Below are positions 15,807-23,551 of a stretch of 57,441 bases of DNA, one piece after another. Made by a program: the position numbers and the translations under genes. This stretch comes from Patescibacteria group bacterium (lineage in GTDB: Bacteria > Patescibacteriota > Patescibacteriia > JAGVFQ01): contig JAGVFQ010000032.1 of NCBI GenBank assembly GCA_020057505.1, forward strand, positions 1-57,441. Reading direction: 5' to 3'. The notes beneath the pieces are model-generated. The model was not told the origin of the DNA and did not search any database. It saw only the letters and a list, made by a program, of their open reading frames with translations. Numbering within the stretch: position 1 is the stretch's first letter; each line of letters opens with the position of its first letter.

Positions 15807-16560
15807 AATTACTAAAAATATACAACTTTGCAATCAAGGGGAAGGTTTTTTCGAATCCATCTTATCTCAAAATGTAATATTACATCAGGTAAAAGGCGGA
15901 AATGATGTTGGGATTGATTATTTTTGCGAATTGATTAATGCAAAAAATGAATCCTCAAATATTTTATTTGTAATTCAATTAAAAACAACGAGGAAAGATA
16001 ATGTTGTCCTGCAAAAGGTTGAAAATAATTCTCGTCTAAATAAACTAGATCAATATGAGATAAAAAGAAAAAACAAAAAGGGAGGGGCAAGTGGAAAGTA
16101 TGACAACAAGAGCTTAATTAAAGATGAAACTTTAGAATATTGGAAGGGCTTTGAGACGCCCGTGTATTTATTTGTAGCTGTTATCGGAAACAAAAATCAA
16201 TTGTTCTATAAAAGATACACTCCAATTCTGCATAGCACACAAAAGAGAAATAATGAAAAATTTTACTTGGTTAATAATAAAAATTTATTTCTAGCATTTA
16301 TTGAAAATAATCAAGGAGGATTTTGCAGGGATTTATTTATTGATTATGTAAGGTGTAATTATAAAAAAGGATCGTTACTATATAAATCGCCGAAAGATTT
16401 TGGACTAAAACAATTTTCGGAAGACGATTTTTATAAAGATTTGTTTAGGAATAAAATATATAAAGACGCATTTATAAAAACGAGAGATAAATTGAATTAT
16501 TTTTGTAGCGGTAAAAGAAAAATGGCGGCAGATGGATTGGGGAAGGGGGAGGAGGGATAA
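15793..16560 (+). CDS. DUF4365-like (restriction-endonuclease-fold) protein
   Basis: NQGEGFFESIL...GGNDVGIDYFCEL...LFVIQLKT fits the DUF4365 pattern (G.Ge...D.GIDy..E...vQ.K). The ATG at 15793 overlaps the R-M stop codon (15804-15806) by 14 nt. Confidence 0.6.
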   Translation: MTKSKITKNIQLCNQGEGFFESILSQNVILHQVKGGNDVGIDYFCELINAKNESSNILFVIQLKTTRKDNVVLQKVENNSRLNKLDQYEIKRKNKKGGASGKYDNKSLIKDETLEYWKGFETPVYLFVAVIGNKNQLFYKRYTPILHSTQKRNNEKFYLVNNKNLFLAFIENNQGGFCRDLFIDYVRCNYKKGSLLYKSPKDFGLKQFSEDDFYKDLFRNKIYKDAFIKTRDKLNYFCSGKRKMAADGLGKGEEG

Positions 16561-16633
16561 ATATTACTTAAAACAAGTAAAATAAAAACAAAAAAGATAT
16601 GAATTATTTAGTCAATAAAAATAAATTTATACT

Positions 16634-16773
16634 GCAAACAAAAAACTCAACCTTAGTTAGATTGAGTCCTTTGTATAGAAGCAGCGTCTCATATAGCGGT
16701 TGATCTGCAGCTTAGATCCCAGATACTCTGGGGGAAAACCACAGCGCCACAAAAGCTATTATTGCATGCTTCT
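16634..16773 (-). ncRNA. Candidate small RNA A (about 140 nt), defined by promoter and terminator
   Basis: The minus-strand promoter is TTGACT (16802-16807), a 16-nt spacer, and TATACT (16780-16785). The minus-strand intrinsic terminator is ACTCAA/TTGAGT (16645-16667) followed by TTTTTTGTTTG. There is a closing stem AGAAGCA/UGCUUCU and an internal CCCAGA-GUA-UCUGGG hairpin. No ORF exceeds 11 codons. Confidence 0.4.
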
Positions 16774-16888
16774 ATTTGCAGTATACCGCAAGTATATTAA
16801 AAGTCAAGAGTTATCCACATCTGAAAAATATGCCTTGGCTAACGAAAAAAATAGGCGCTGTGCTAGCTTCGCTGGAGTAAAACATTTT

Positions 16889-17005
16889 ATGAAAAATCTC
16901 TCCCACCTAGCAATACTTCTATCTTTTATCTTACTCTTGACCGGTTGCGAAGCAGCCAATCTTCCAGTTAATAATAATTTTGATGTGTTGAAAGAGGGGA
17001 GATAA
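16889..17005 (+). pseudogene. Truncated duplicate of the thermonuclease lipoprotein 5-prime end (signal peptide only, 38 codons)
   Basis: MKNLSHLAILLSFILLLTGCEAANLPVNNN compares with MKILSRLAILLSFSLILTGCEAVNLPANNN at 17815. DNA similarity runs about 16879-16981 versus 17806-17905, plus the upstream TTATCCACA block. Confidence 0.55.
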
Positions 17006-17033
17006 AGATTATTTAAAACAAGGAAAATAAAAT

Positions 17034-17702
17034 ATGGATTTGCAAGAATTTAAAAGTTACAATATTAAACAAAAATTAGGAATTGACGATGAAAAATTCG
17101 GAAAGATTTTTGTTTTTATTGATTTTGCCAATGTGGATAAATGGTTTGCCGAAGACACTAGAGATTGGGATAATAATGTTTTAGACAATAATAATAAACT
17201 ATCCATTGATTTAGAGAGGCTGGTTAATTTTATAAAATGTTTTTCTGGTGATTTTAGATTTTATTACGGACATGATCCGCAAAATAAAAATTCATTAAAA
17301 TTTCTTGGGAAAACAAAATATGTTTTTGGCGAAAAAAATGTTTTTACCAAACCAATCCAACAAATCAGGCATTATTTAAAAGAAAGAGAAAAATTAATAA
17401 ATACAAGGTGTACACAACATGACAACGAAGGCGATTTTATTTATTTACCCAAATGTAACTTTGATGTAGAAATTTGCGTTGACGCTATCAGATTGATAAA
17501 TAAATATGATACTTTTTGTCTTTTTTCAAGTGATGCGGATTTTGTTAGTTTAATAACATTTCTAAAAAATAACCGCAAAAAAGTAATTTTGATTAAAGGA
17601 GGGCATGTGCAGTATTCTTTAAAAGCAAACAGTGATAAGGTTATAAACGCTCAGGATATAAAGGCATATATAGCCCATATAAAGCAAAAATCTAGCCCTT
17701 AA
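17034..17702 (+). CDS. NYN-domain (LabA/DUF88-like, PIN-like fold) putative ribonuclease
   Basis: FVFIDFANV...DVEICVDAIRL...FCLFSSDADFVSLITFLK matches the conserved acidic residues of NYN/LabA domains. Confidence 0.7.
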   Translation: MDLQEFKSYNIKQKLGIDDEKFGKIFVFIDFANVDKWFAEDTRDWDNNVLDNNNKLSIDLERLVNFIKCFSGDFRFYYGHDPQNKNSLKFLGKTKYVFGEKNVFTKPIQQIRHYLKEREKLINTRCTQHDNEGDFIYLPKCNFDVEICVDAIRLINKYDTFCLFSSDADFVSLITFLKNNRKKVILIKGGHVQYSLKANSDKVINAQDIKAYIAHIKQKSSP

Positions 17703-17759
17703 GGCTAGATCTTGCGGATAGTATTCCCGCATCCGCGGGCAGGGCAATCTTGCGATTAC
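17684..17759 (-). ncRNA. Candidate small RNA B (about 75 nt), convergent with and overlapping the NYN gene 3-prime end
   Basis: The minus-strand promoter is TTGACA (17789-17794), a 17-nt spacer, and TATATT (17766-17771). The terminator ATCTAGCC-TTAAG-GGCTAGAT plus TTTTTG spans the NYN stop codon (17700-17702). There is an internal CCCGC-GGAU-GCGGG hairpin, and CGCAAGAU occurs twice. Confidence 0.35.
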
Positions 17760-17814
17760 ATATTGAATATATCAAAACTTATCCACAATGTCAAATATAC
17801 AATCAAACATTCTA

Positions 17815-18689
17815 TGAAAATCCTCTCCCGCCTAGCCATACTTCTCTCTTTTAGCTTAATTTTGACTGGTTGTGAAGCAGTAAATCTTCCGGCCAATAAT
17901 AATTTAGCAGCGCCGGTGGTGGAAGAGGCGAATAATGTTAATCAAGTTGTTTTAAACCAAAACGTAAATACCAATATTGCCCAGCCGGCGGTTGTTCAGA
18001 ATACCAAACCAGTGGCTGTCCCGGCGAAAAAAATATCTCCTGAGAAAGAATATTATCTTGTCATCAAAGTCGTTGATGGCGATACTCTGGATCTAAATAT
18101 CAATGGCGCTACGGAAAGAATACGGCTCATCGGCATTGATACGCCGGAAGTGGTGGATCCGAGAAAACCGGTGCAGTGTTTTGGCCTCGAGGCCTCCAAT
18201 CAGGCCAAGGCAGTCCTCACTGGCCAGTCCGTGGCTTTGGAAAAAGATCCTTCGCAAGGGGAGCGGGACAAATACGGCCGATTGCTCGGCTATATTTTTT
18301 TGAGAGATGGTACAAATTTTAACAAGCAGATGATTCGGGAGGGCTATGCCTATGAATATACTTATAATTTGCCATACAAATATCAAACGGAATTCAAAGC
18401 GGCGGAAAATTACGCCCGAATCAATAAACTTGGCCTTTGGGCGGATGATAGTTGCATCGACGTCGCCACGCCCGTTTCGACAAATACTAATACAAATTCT
18501 AACACCAATACTGCCGCCGCGACCGGGTGTGTGATTAAGGGTAATATCACCACGGAAAAAATTTATCATCTGCCCGGATGCGGCAGTTATTATAAAACAA
18601 CTATAGATGAATCAAAAGGGGAGCGCTGGTTTTGCACTGAAACAGAAGCCGTGGCTGCCGGTTGGCGCAAAGCGAAAAATTGTCCGTAA
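17815..18689 (+). CDS. Secreted thermonuclease (SNase-fold) lipoprotein with a C-terminal Cys-containing KGNI...IYHLPG...WFC...EA.AAGWR domain
   Basis: Lipobox is LTGC. SNase motifs are VVDGDTLDL, RLIGIDTPE and YGRLLGYIF. The ATG at 17815 is preferred over the TTG at 17712. Confidence 0.85.
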
Positions 18690-18765
18690 ACAAAAAATAT
18701 TTTAAAATACATTTTAATTTGTAAGAATTTTATATAAAATATTTTAATCAAAAATTGTAATCAGA

Positions 18766-18826
18766 AAATCGCCTTTTGAGGCGTTTTTTGTTTGACTTGA
18801 TATGAACTAGGGCGTAAAATTAAAAT
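18766..18826 (+). repeat. Direct repeat copy 3 (degenerate; terminator + promoter module without the tRNA piece)
   Basis: cgccttttgaggcgttttttgtttgacttgatatgaactagggcgtaaaatta aligns with copies 1 and 2. TTGACT (18792-18797), a 17-nt spacer and TAAAAT (18815-18820) are conserved. Confidence 0.7.
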
Positions 18827-18850
18827 AGAATATATGAAAAAAATAAGAAA

Positions 18851-19531
18851 ATGGCCAAGCGGGAAACTAACACTATTATTATTTCCGATTTGCACTTGGG
18901 ATCAGCGGTGAGCGAGCCCCGGAAGGCGCTCGCCATGCTCAAGGGCTATTCTTTCCAGAAGCTCGTGCTCCTCGGGGATATTTTTGATAGCCTTGATTTC
19001 CGCCATCTCAATACCGAATGCTGGGAATTCCTGAATTATGTCGGAAAGATTGCCAAGGAAAAGAAAGTCAGATGGGTAATCGGGAATCACGACATGGGCC
19101 TGGCTGATATTTTCGGTTCGCTCGTCGGCGCCAAAGTCTACGAAACTTATATTTGGCACTATCGCCGGAAGACCTACCTCGCGATTCATGGCCACCAGTT
19201 TGATCGGTTCTTGATTAATAATGCCTTTCTCTCGTATCTCGCTACCCGCATCTACAATTTTGTCCAAAGAATAGATTTTCATGATATGAAATTCAGCCAT
19301 TACTTGAAAAGGCAGAGCAAGGGTTGGCTCCGGCTCTCGGACAAGGTGGCCCGCTCCGCGCTCCGGTACGGAGCCAAGAATGGCGCTGATTTTGTTTTTT
19401 GCGGTCACACCCACAAGGCCATGGAAAAAAGCCAAGGAAATATCCGCTATTACAATTCCGGCTGCTGGACTGATACGCCTTGCCAGTATATTACCATCGA
19501 TAAAGAAGGCATTGAGATTCATGAATTTTAA
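18851..19531 (+). CDS. Calcineurin-like metallophosphoesterase (LpxH-like family)
   Basis: Motifs are ISDLHLG, GDIFD, GNHD, and GH...GHTH. Confidence 0.8.
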   Translation: MAKRETNTIIISDLHLGSAVSEPRKALAMLKGYSFQKLVLLGDIFDSLDFRHLNTECWEFLNYVGKIAKEKKVRWVIGNHDMGLADIFGSLVGAKVYETYIWHYRRKTYLAIHGHQFDRFLINNAFLSYLATRIYNFVQRIDFHDMKFSHYLKRQSKGWLRLSDKVARSALRYGAKNGADFVFCGHTHKAMEKSQGNIRYYNSGCWTDTPCQYITIDKEGIEIHEF

Positions 19532-19554
19532 TTTATGATCGAAATTAAAATTAA

Positions 19555-19800
19555 ATGTATTATCTCTATATTGTAAAATGCGCGGATAAAACATTGTATA
19601 CGGGAATTACCGTTGATTTGCCCCGGCGGATAAAAGAACATAATTTCACCCGCCGCGGCGCCAAATATACCCGAGCTCGCCGGCCGGTGAAATTGATTTA
19701 TTCCAAAAAATTCCGCAATCGATCTCTCGCCTCCAAAGCGGAATATAAAATTAAAAAATTATCAAAACAAGAAAAAGAAAAAATTATTAAAAAATCTTGA
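19555..19800 (+). CDS. GIY-YIG nuclease family protein (UPF0213-like)
   Basis: YYLYIVKCADKTLYTGITVDLPRRIKEHN. Confidence 0.85.
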   Translation: MYYLYIVKCADKTLYTGITVDLPRRIKEHNFTRRGAKYTRARRPVKLIYSKKFRNRSLASKAEYKIKKLSKQEKEKIIKKS

Positions 19801-19825
19801 CACCTCGCGAAAAAAGACGTATAGT
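19797..19825 (+). promoter_or_regulatory. Sigma70-type promoter TTGACA-N17-TATAGT for the ABC-F gene
   Basis: Hexamers and the 17-nt spacer were counted directly. The -35 element overlaps the TGA stop of the GIY-YIG gene. Confidence 0.6.
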
Positions 19826-19887
19826 ACACCAAAGACACCTCGCATAGGGGTGTTTTAAATATTATTATATTTTTTTTATTAAATATT

Positions 19888-21345
19888 ATGGCCGATGAAG
19901 TAGTTCTCCGATTTGATGAAGTCTCATTTGAATATACCTATAATAAGCCCATCCTAGACGAGGCGAGTTTTAGTGTCCGCCGAGGATCTAAAATTACACT
20001 TATGGGCCAGAACGGCGCAGGTAAGAGTACGCTTTTCGGTTTGATTCAAGGATTGCAAAAGCCGAAAGAGGGGAAAATTTCTTTGGCCGCTGGGGCGACG
20101 ATCGGCGCCGCAAGGCAGACGATGGAGCGCGTGGATCTAATTTTATCTCTGGAAGAATATTTTGCCAAGGCTTTTTCACCTGTGCCCGCTAATCTCAAAA
20201 GTAGAGTTAGCAAGGTGATGGAGGCGGTGAATCTCAATATTCCTTTGGACCGAAAAGTCGGTGATCTCTCGGGCGGCCAGCAAGCAAGATTGCTTTTGGC
20301 TTTCGCTCTCATCCAGAATCCGGATATTCTTTTGCTCGACGAACCGACAAACAATCTTGACCAGGCAGGTATTGATCATTTAATTCAATTTCTCGTAATG
20401 TACGACAAAACAGTGCTTGTTATTTCCCATGATGCGGATTTTTTGAATTGTTTTACCGATGGCGTTATTTATCTTGATGTCTTCACGCACAAGATTGAGA
20501 CATATGTCGGTGATTATTATTCGGTGGTGGAAGAAATCGCGAAGCGCATTGAGCGGGAAGCGATGAGAAACGCTCGGGCAGAAAAGGAAATTAAAGACCG
20601 CAAGGAAAAGGTGAATTTTTTCGCGAACAAGGGCGGCAAGATGCGCAAGCTTGCGAAAAAATTGCGCGAAGAGACAGAAGAGCTGGAAGAAAATAAAGTT
20701 GAAGTGCGGAAAGAAGATAAGACGATCAAAAGCTTTAATATTCCCGACCAGAATGTGATTGGCGAAGTGGTCATAATTAATTCAGTGAAAGTTATCCATA
20801 ATCATGAGCCGGTTAAGAAAAAAGTTAATTTGGCGCTCCGAAAAAAGATGCATCTGCTCGTCTCTGGCCCGAACGGCGTGGGTAAGAGCACTTTTTTGCG
20901 TTCTCTCGTGTCGGACAAAAATGAAGGCGCTAAAATTCTCACTGGTACGAGAATTGGTTATTACAGCCAGGATTTTTCCACTCTTAATTTTGAGGAGACA
21001 GTATTTGATTCTTTAAAGAGCGCGCTCTTGGAAGATGGCGGTGTGAGTATCGAACAGATGCGAGCTATTGCGGCCGGCTTTCTCATTACGGGAGATCTGA
21101 TGGCGAATAAGGTAGGGGATCTATCTGAGGGGCAAAAGGGCCTACTTTCTTTCGCGAGGCTCGTGCTTATGCAGCCGGGGCTTTTGATTTTGGATGAGCC
21201 GACTAATCATATTAATTTTCGCCATATTCCTATTATCGCCGAGGCGATTAATAATTACGAAGGCGCAATGATTCTTGTGAGCCATATGCCTGATTTTGTA
21301 AAACAAATCCGCATCGACGAATATCTTGATTTAGGGAAGATTTAA
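19888..21345 (+). CDS. ABC-F family ATPase (two tandem ABC domains, no TM domain)
   Basis: Two Walker A sites (GQNGAGKST, GPNGVGKST), two LSGGQ-like signatures (LSGGQQ, LSEGQK), and a charged linker between the domains. Confidence 0.85.
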   Translation: MADEVVLRFDEVSFEYTYNKPILDEASFSVRRGSKITLMGQNGAGKSTLFGLIQGLQKPKEGKISLAAGATIGAARQTMERVDLILSLEEYFAKAFSPVPANLKSRVSKVMEAVNLNIPLDRKVGDLSGGQQARLLLAFALIQNPDILLLDEPTNNLDQAGIDHLIQFLVMYDKTVLVISHDADFLNCFTDGVIYLDVFTHKIETYVGDYYSVVEEIAKRIEREAMRNARAEKEIKDRKEKVNFFANKGGKMRKLAKKLREETEELEENKVEVRKEDKTIKSFNIPDQNVIGEVVIINSVKVIHNHEPVKKKVNLALRKKMHLLVSGPNGVGKSTFLRSLVSDKNEGAKILTGTRIGYYSQDFSTLNFEETVFDSLKSALLEDGGVSIEQMRAIAAGFLITGDLMANKVGDLSEGQKGLLSFARLVLMQPGLLILDEPTNHINFRHIPIIAEAINNYEGAMILVSHMPDFVKQIRIDEYLDLGKI

Positions 21346-21443
21346 ATAAATTAGAAATAAAATATGTTTTATCGCCCCGCTGTAATGCGGTTTTTTGCTG
21401 TTAATTAATGGACGCGAGAGTTTGTTTTTGCTAAACTAAAAGC

Positions 21444-22211
21444 ATGAAAATTATTTCTTGGAACGTTAATGGGCTTCGCTCGGTTCACGGTAAGGGCTTA
21501 TTAAAATGGCTCAGGCAGGCAAAGCCGGATATTTTTTGTCTCCAGGAAATCAAAGTCTCAAAAGAGAAAATTCCTGAAAAGCTTTTGAATCTCTCGGGCT
21601 ACTACGCCTATTTTTCCCATGCTCGGCGGCCGGGCTACAGCGGTACGGCGATATATACCAAGTTAAAGCCAATTAGCGCGAGATATGAAATGGGTTTCGA
21701 GCAGTTTGACCGCGAAGGTCGTTTTTTGGCGCTGGATTTTAAAAATTTTATTTTGATCAATGTTTATCTGCCACAGGGCGGGCGGATGAAAGAAAAATTG
21801 GGCTACAAATTAGTTGCTTACAAAAAATTATTCAACTATCTCCGGACAATTGGCGCGAAAAAGTCCGTGATTTTACTTGGCGATTTCAATATTGCCCATA
21901 CGGCTTTGGATTTGGCTCGGCCAAAGCCAAATGAAAATAATATTATGTTTACTCCAGCGGAGCGGAAGCAAATTGATCGGCTGGAGGCTTTGGGCTTTAT
22001 TGATACTTTTAGAGAATTCCACAAAGGCGCCGGGCATTATACTTGGTGGTCGTATCGGGCGAACGTGAGAGCGAAAAATATCGGCTGGCGGATTGATTAT
22101 GTTTTTGCGAATAAATTAATTATTAAAAAAATCAGCAAGGCTTTTATTCTGCCGGCCGTCCGAGGTTCAGATCATTGTCCGATTGGAATAAATTTTAACC
22201 CCGTTAAATAA
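21444..22211 (+). CDS. xth: Exodeoxyribonuclease III (AP endonuclease)
   Basis: MKIISWNVNGLRS, LQEIK, and a C-terminal SDHCP. Confidence 0.9.
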   Translation: MKIISWNVNGLRSVHGKGLLKWLRQAKPDIFCLQEIKVSKEKIPEKLLNLSGYYAYFSHARRPGYSGTAIYTKLKPISARYEMGFEQFDREGRFLALDFKNFILINVYLPQGGRMKEKLGYKLVAYKKLFNYLRTIGAKKSVILLGDFNIAHTALDLARPKPNENNIMFTPAERKQIDRLEALGFIDTFREFHKGAGHYTWWSYRANVRAKNIGWRIDYVFANKLIIKKISKAFILPAVRGSDHCPIGINFNPVK

Positions 22212-22215
22212 TTTT

Positions 22216-23481
22216 ATGATTTATGATATCGCGATAATTGGCGGCGGTCCGGCCGGTATGATGGCTGCGGGAAGAAGCGCAGAACTCGGCGCTAACGTAA
22301 TTTTGCTTGAGAAAAATAAGGATTTGGGGTTGAAGCTCCTCATGACGGGTAACGGTCGCTGTAATATTACAAATCTAATCGAAGATCCGCGTAAGCTCGT
22401 CCAAGCCTATGGCGCGAATGGCAAATTCCTTTTCTCGGCTCTGAGCAAATTTGGGCCAAGAGAAGTGATTGAATTTTTTAATCAGCGCGGAGTTAGGACT
22501 AAAGTGGAAGATAATAATAGGGTATTTACCGCAAGCGACAAGGCCGCAGACGTGCTTCGCGCCTTGGTAAATTATTTAAAATATACTCGCGTGCAAGTCC
22601 GCACGGGAGCAAGAGTAAAAGAGATTACCTCTCTTGACAACAAGATTGAGAAAATAATTTTGGCCAATGGTGAAGAAATTGTCGCGAATAAATTTATAAT
22701 TACCACCGGCGGCAAATCATATCCTTTAAGCGGTTCAACGGGTGACGGATACAAATGGCTGAAGGACTTTGGCCACGAAATTGTGCCGACCTTGCCGGCT
22801 TTGACATCACTTGTTTTGAAAGATAAATTTATTCCAGAGCTCGAGGGTGTAAGTTTAGCGCGAGTGCAAATCAGCCTTCTCCGAGACAAGAAAAATCTTT
22901 TTTCCGGGATTGGCGAGACGGTCTTCACGCGAGATGGTATTAGTGGTCCCTTGATTCTCAATATGAGCAATCTCATAGGCCGCGAACTCCCGGCCAAATT
23001 GAAATTGCAAATTGATTTCTATCCGGATTTGGATTTGTCCGGTTTGGATAAGAAAATCCAAAAAGATTTTCAAGTAGATAAAAACAAGTCATTTAAAAAT
23101 TTTATCGCCAAATTGCTGGCTCCCAAATTGGCGCCGATTATAATTAAACTTTCAGGAATTGATCCCGAGAAAAAAGTTAATCAAGTGAGTGGGGAAGAGA
23201 GGAGAATGCTTATTCGGTTGCTCAAGGAATTTGGTTTGGAAATTTATGGTCTCGCCGGCTATGAGAGGGCGATGCTTACTTCGGGCGGGGTGAAATTGAG
23301 CGAAGTGGACCCGAAAACCATGAAGTCAAAATTAATTGATAATCTCTATCTCGCGGGAGAAATGCTTGATTTGGCCGGACCGACTGGCGGTTTTAATCTG
23401 CAAGTGTCTTGGAGCACCGGTTATATCGCGGGCGAGAGCGCAGCTGGGCTGGATCTTGGTTTTAGCCCAGTAAAGTGGTAA
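22216..23481 (+). CDS. HI0933/YhiN-family FAD-dependent oxidoreductase
   Basis: Dinucleotide-binding motif YDIAIIGGGPAGMMAA and GNGRCNITN, which is characteristic of the HI0933-like family. Confidence 0.8.
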   Translation: MIYDIAIIGGGPAGMMAAGRSAELGANVILLEKNKDLGLKLLMTGNGRCNITNLIEDPRKLVQAYGANGKFLFSALSKFGPREVIEFFNQRGVRTKVEDNNRVFTASDKAADVLRALVNYLKYTRVQVRTGARVKEITSLDNKIEKIILANGEEIVANKFIITTGGKSYPLSGSTGDGYKWLKDFGHEIVPTLPALTSLVLKDKFIPELEGVSLARVQISLLRDKKNLFSGIGETVFTRDGISGPLILNMSNLIGRELPAKLKLQIDFYPDLDLSGLDKKIQKDFQVDKNKSFKNFIAKLLAPKLAPIIIKLSGIDPEKKVNQVSGEERRMLIRLLKEFGLEIYGLAGYERAMLTSGGVKLSEVDPKTMKSKLIDNLYLAGEMLDLAGPTGGFNLQVSWSTGYIAGESAAGLDLGFSPVKW

Positions 23482-23551
23482 AATTATTTTAAGCTATAAA
23501 AAAGTAAAAATCCCTAAAATTAAATATTTTTAAAAAAATTATTAAAAATTT

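Noticed and set aside
16599-16703. 34-codon plus-strand ORF (MNYLVNKNKFILQTKNSTLVRLSPLYRSSVSYSG*) after the DUF4365 gene.
   Set aside because: It overlaps the minus-strand terminator hairpin and the sRNA-A body. It has no SD sequence, no hydrophobic segment and no motif, so it is probably noise.
16700-17005. Listed 101-aa ORF upstream of the NYN gene.
   Set aside because: Only the last 38 codons (from the ATG at 16889) have meaning, as a copy of the nuclease signal peptide. The upstream part starts at a TTG, overlaps the minus-strand promoter/RNA unit and has no protein-like features. It is treated as a pseudogene stump.
10536-18826. Search for an integrase, transposase or recombinase that would make the island an active mobile element.
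   Set aside because: None of the island ORFs shows tyrosine/serine recombinase or DDE motifs. The island is therefore reported as a finding only, not annotated as a mobile_element feature, and not as an active element.
21377-21396. Terminator after the ABC-F gene (CCGC-TGTAAT-GCGG followed by TTTTTT).
   Set aside because: The stem is only 4-5 bp, which is too weak to list as a feature with confidence, although the T-run is good.
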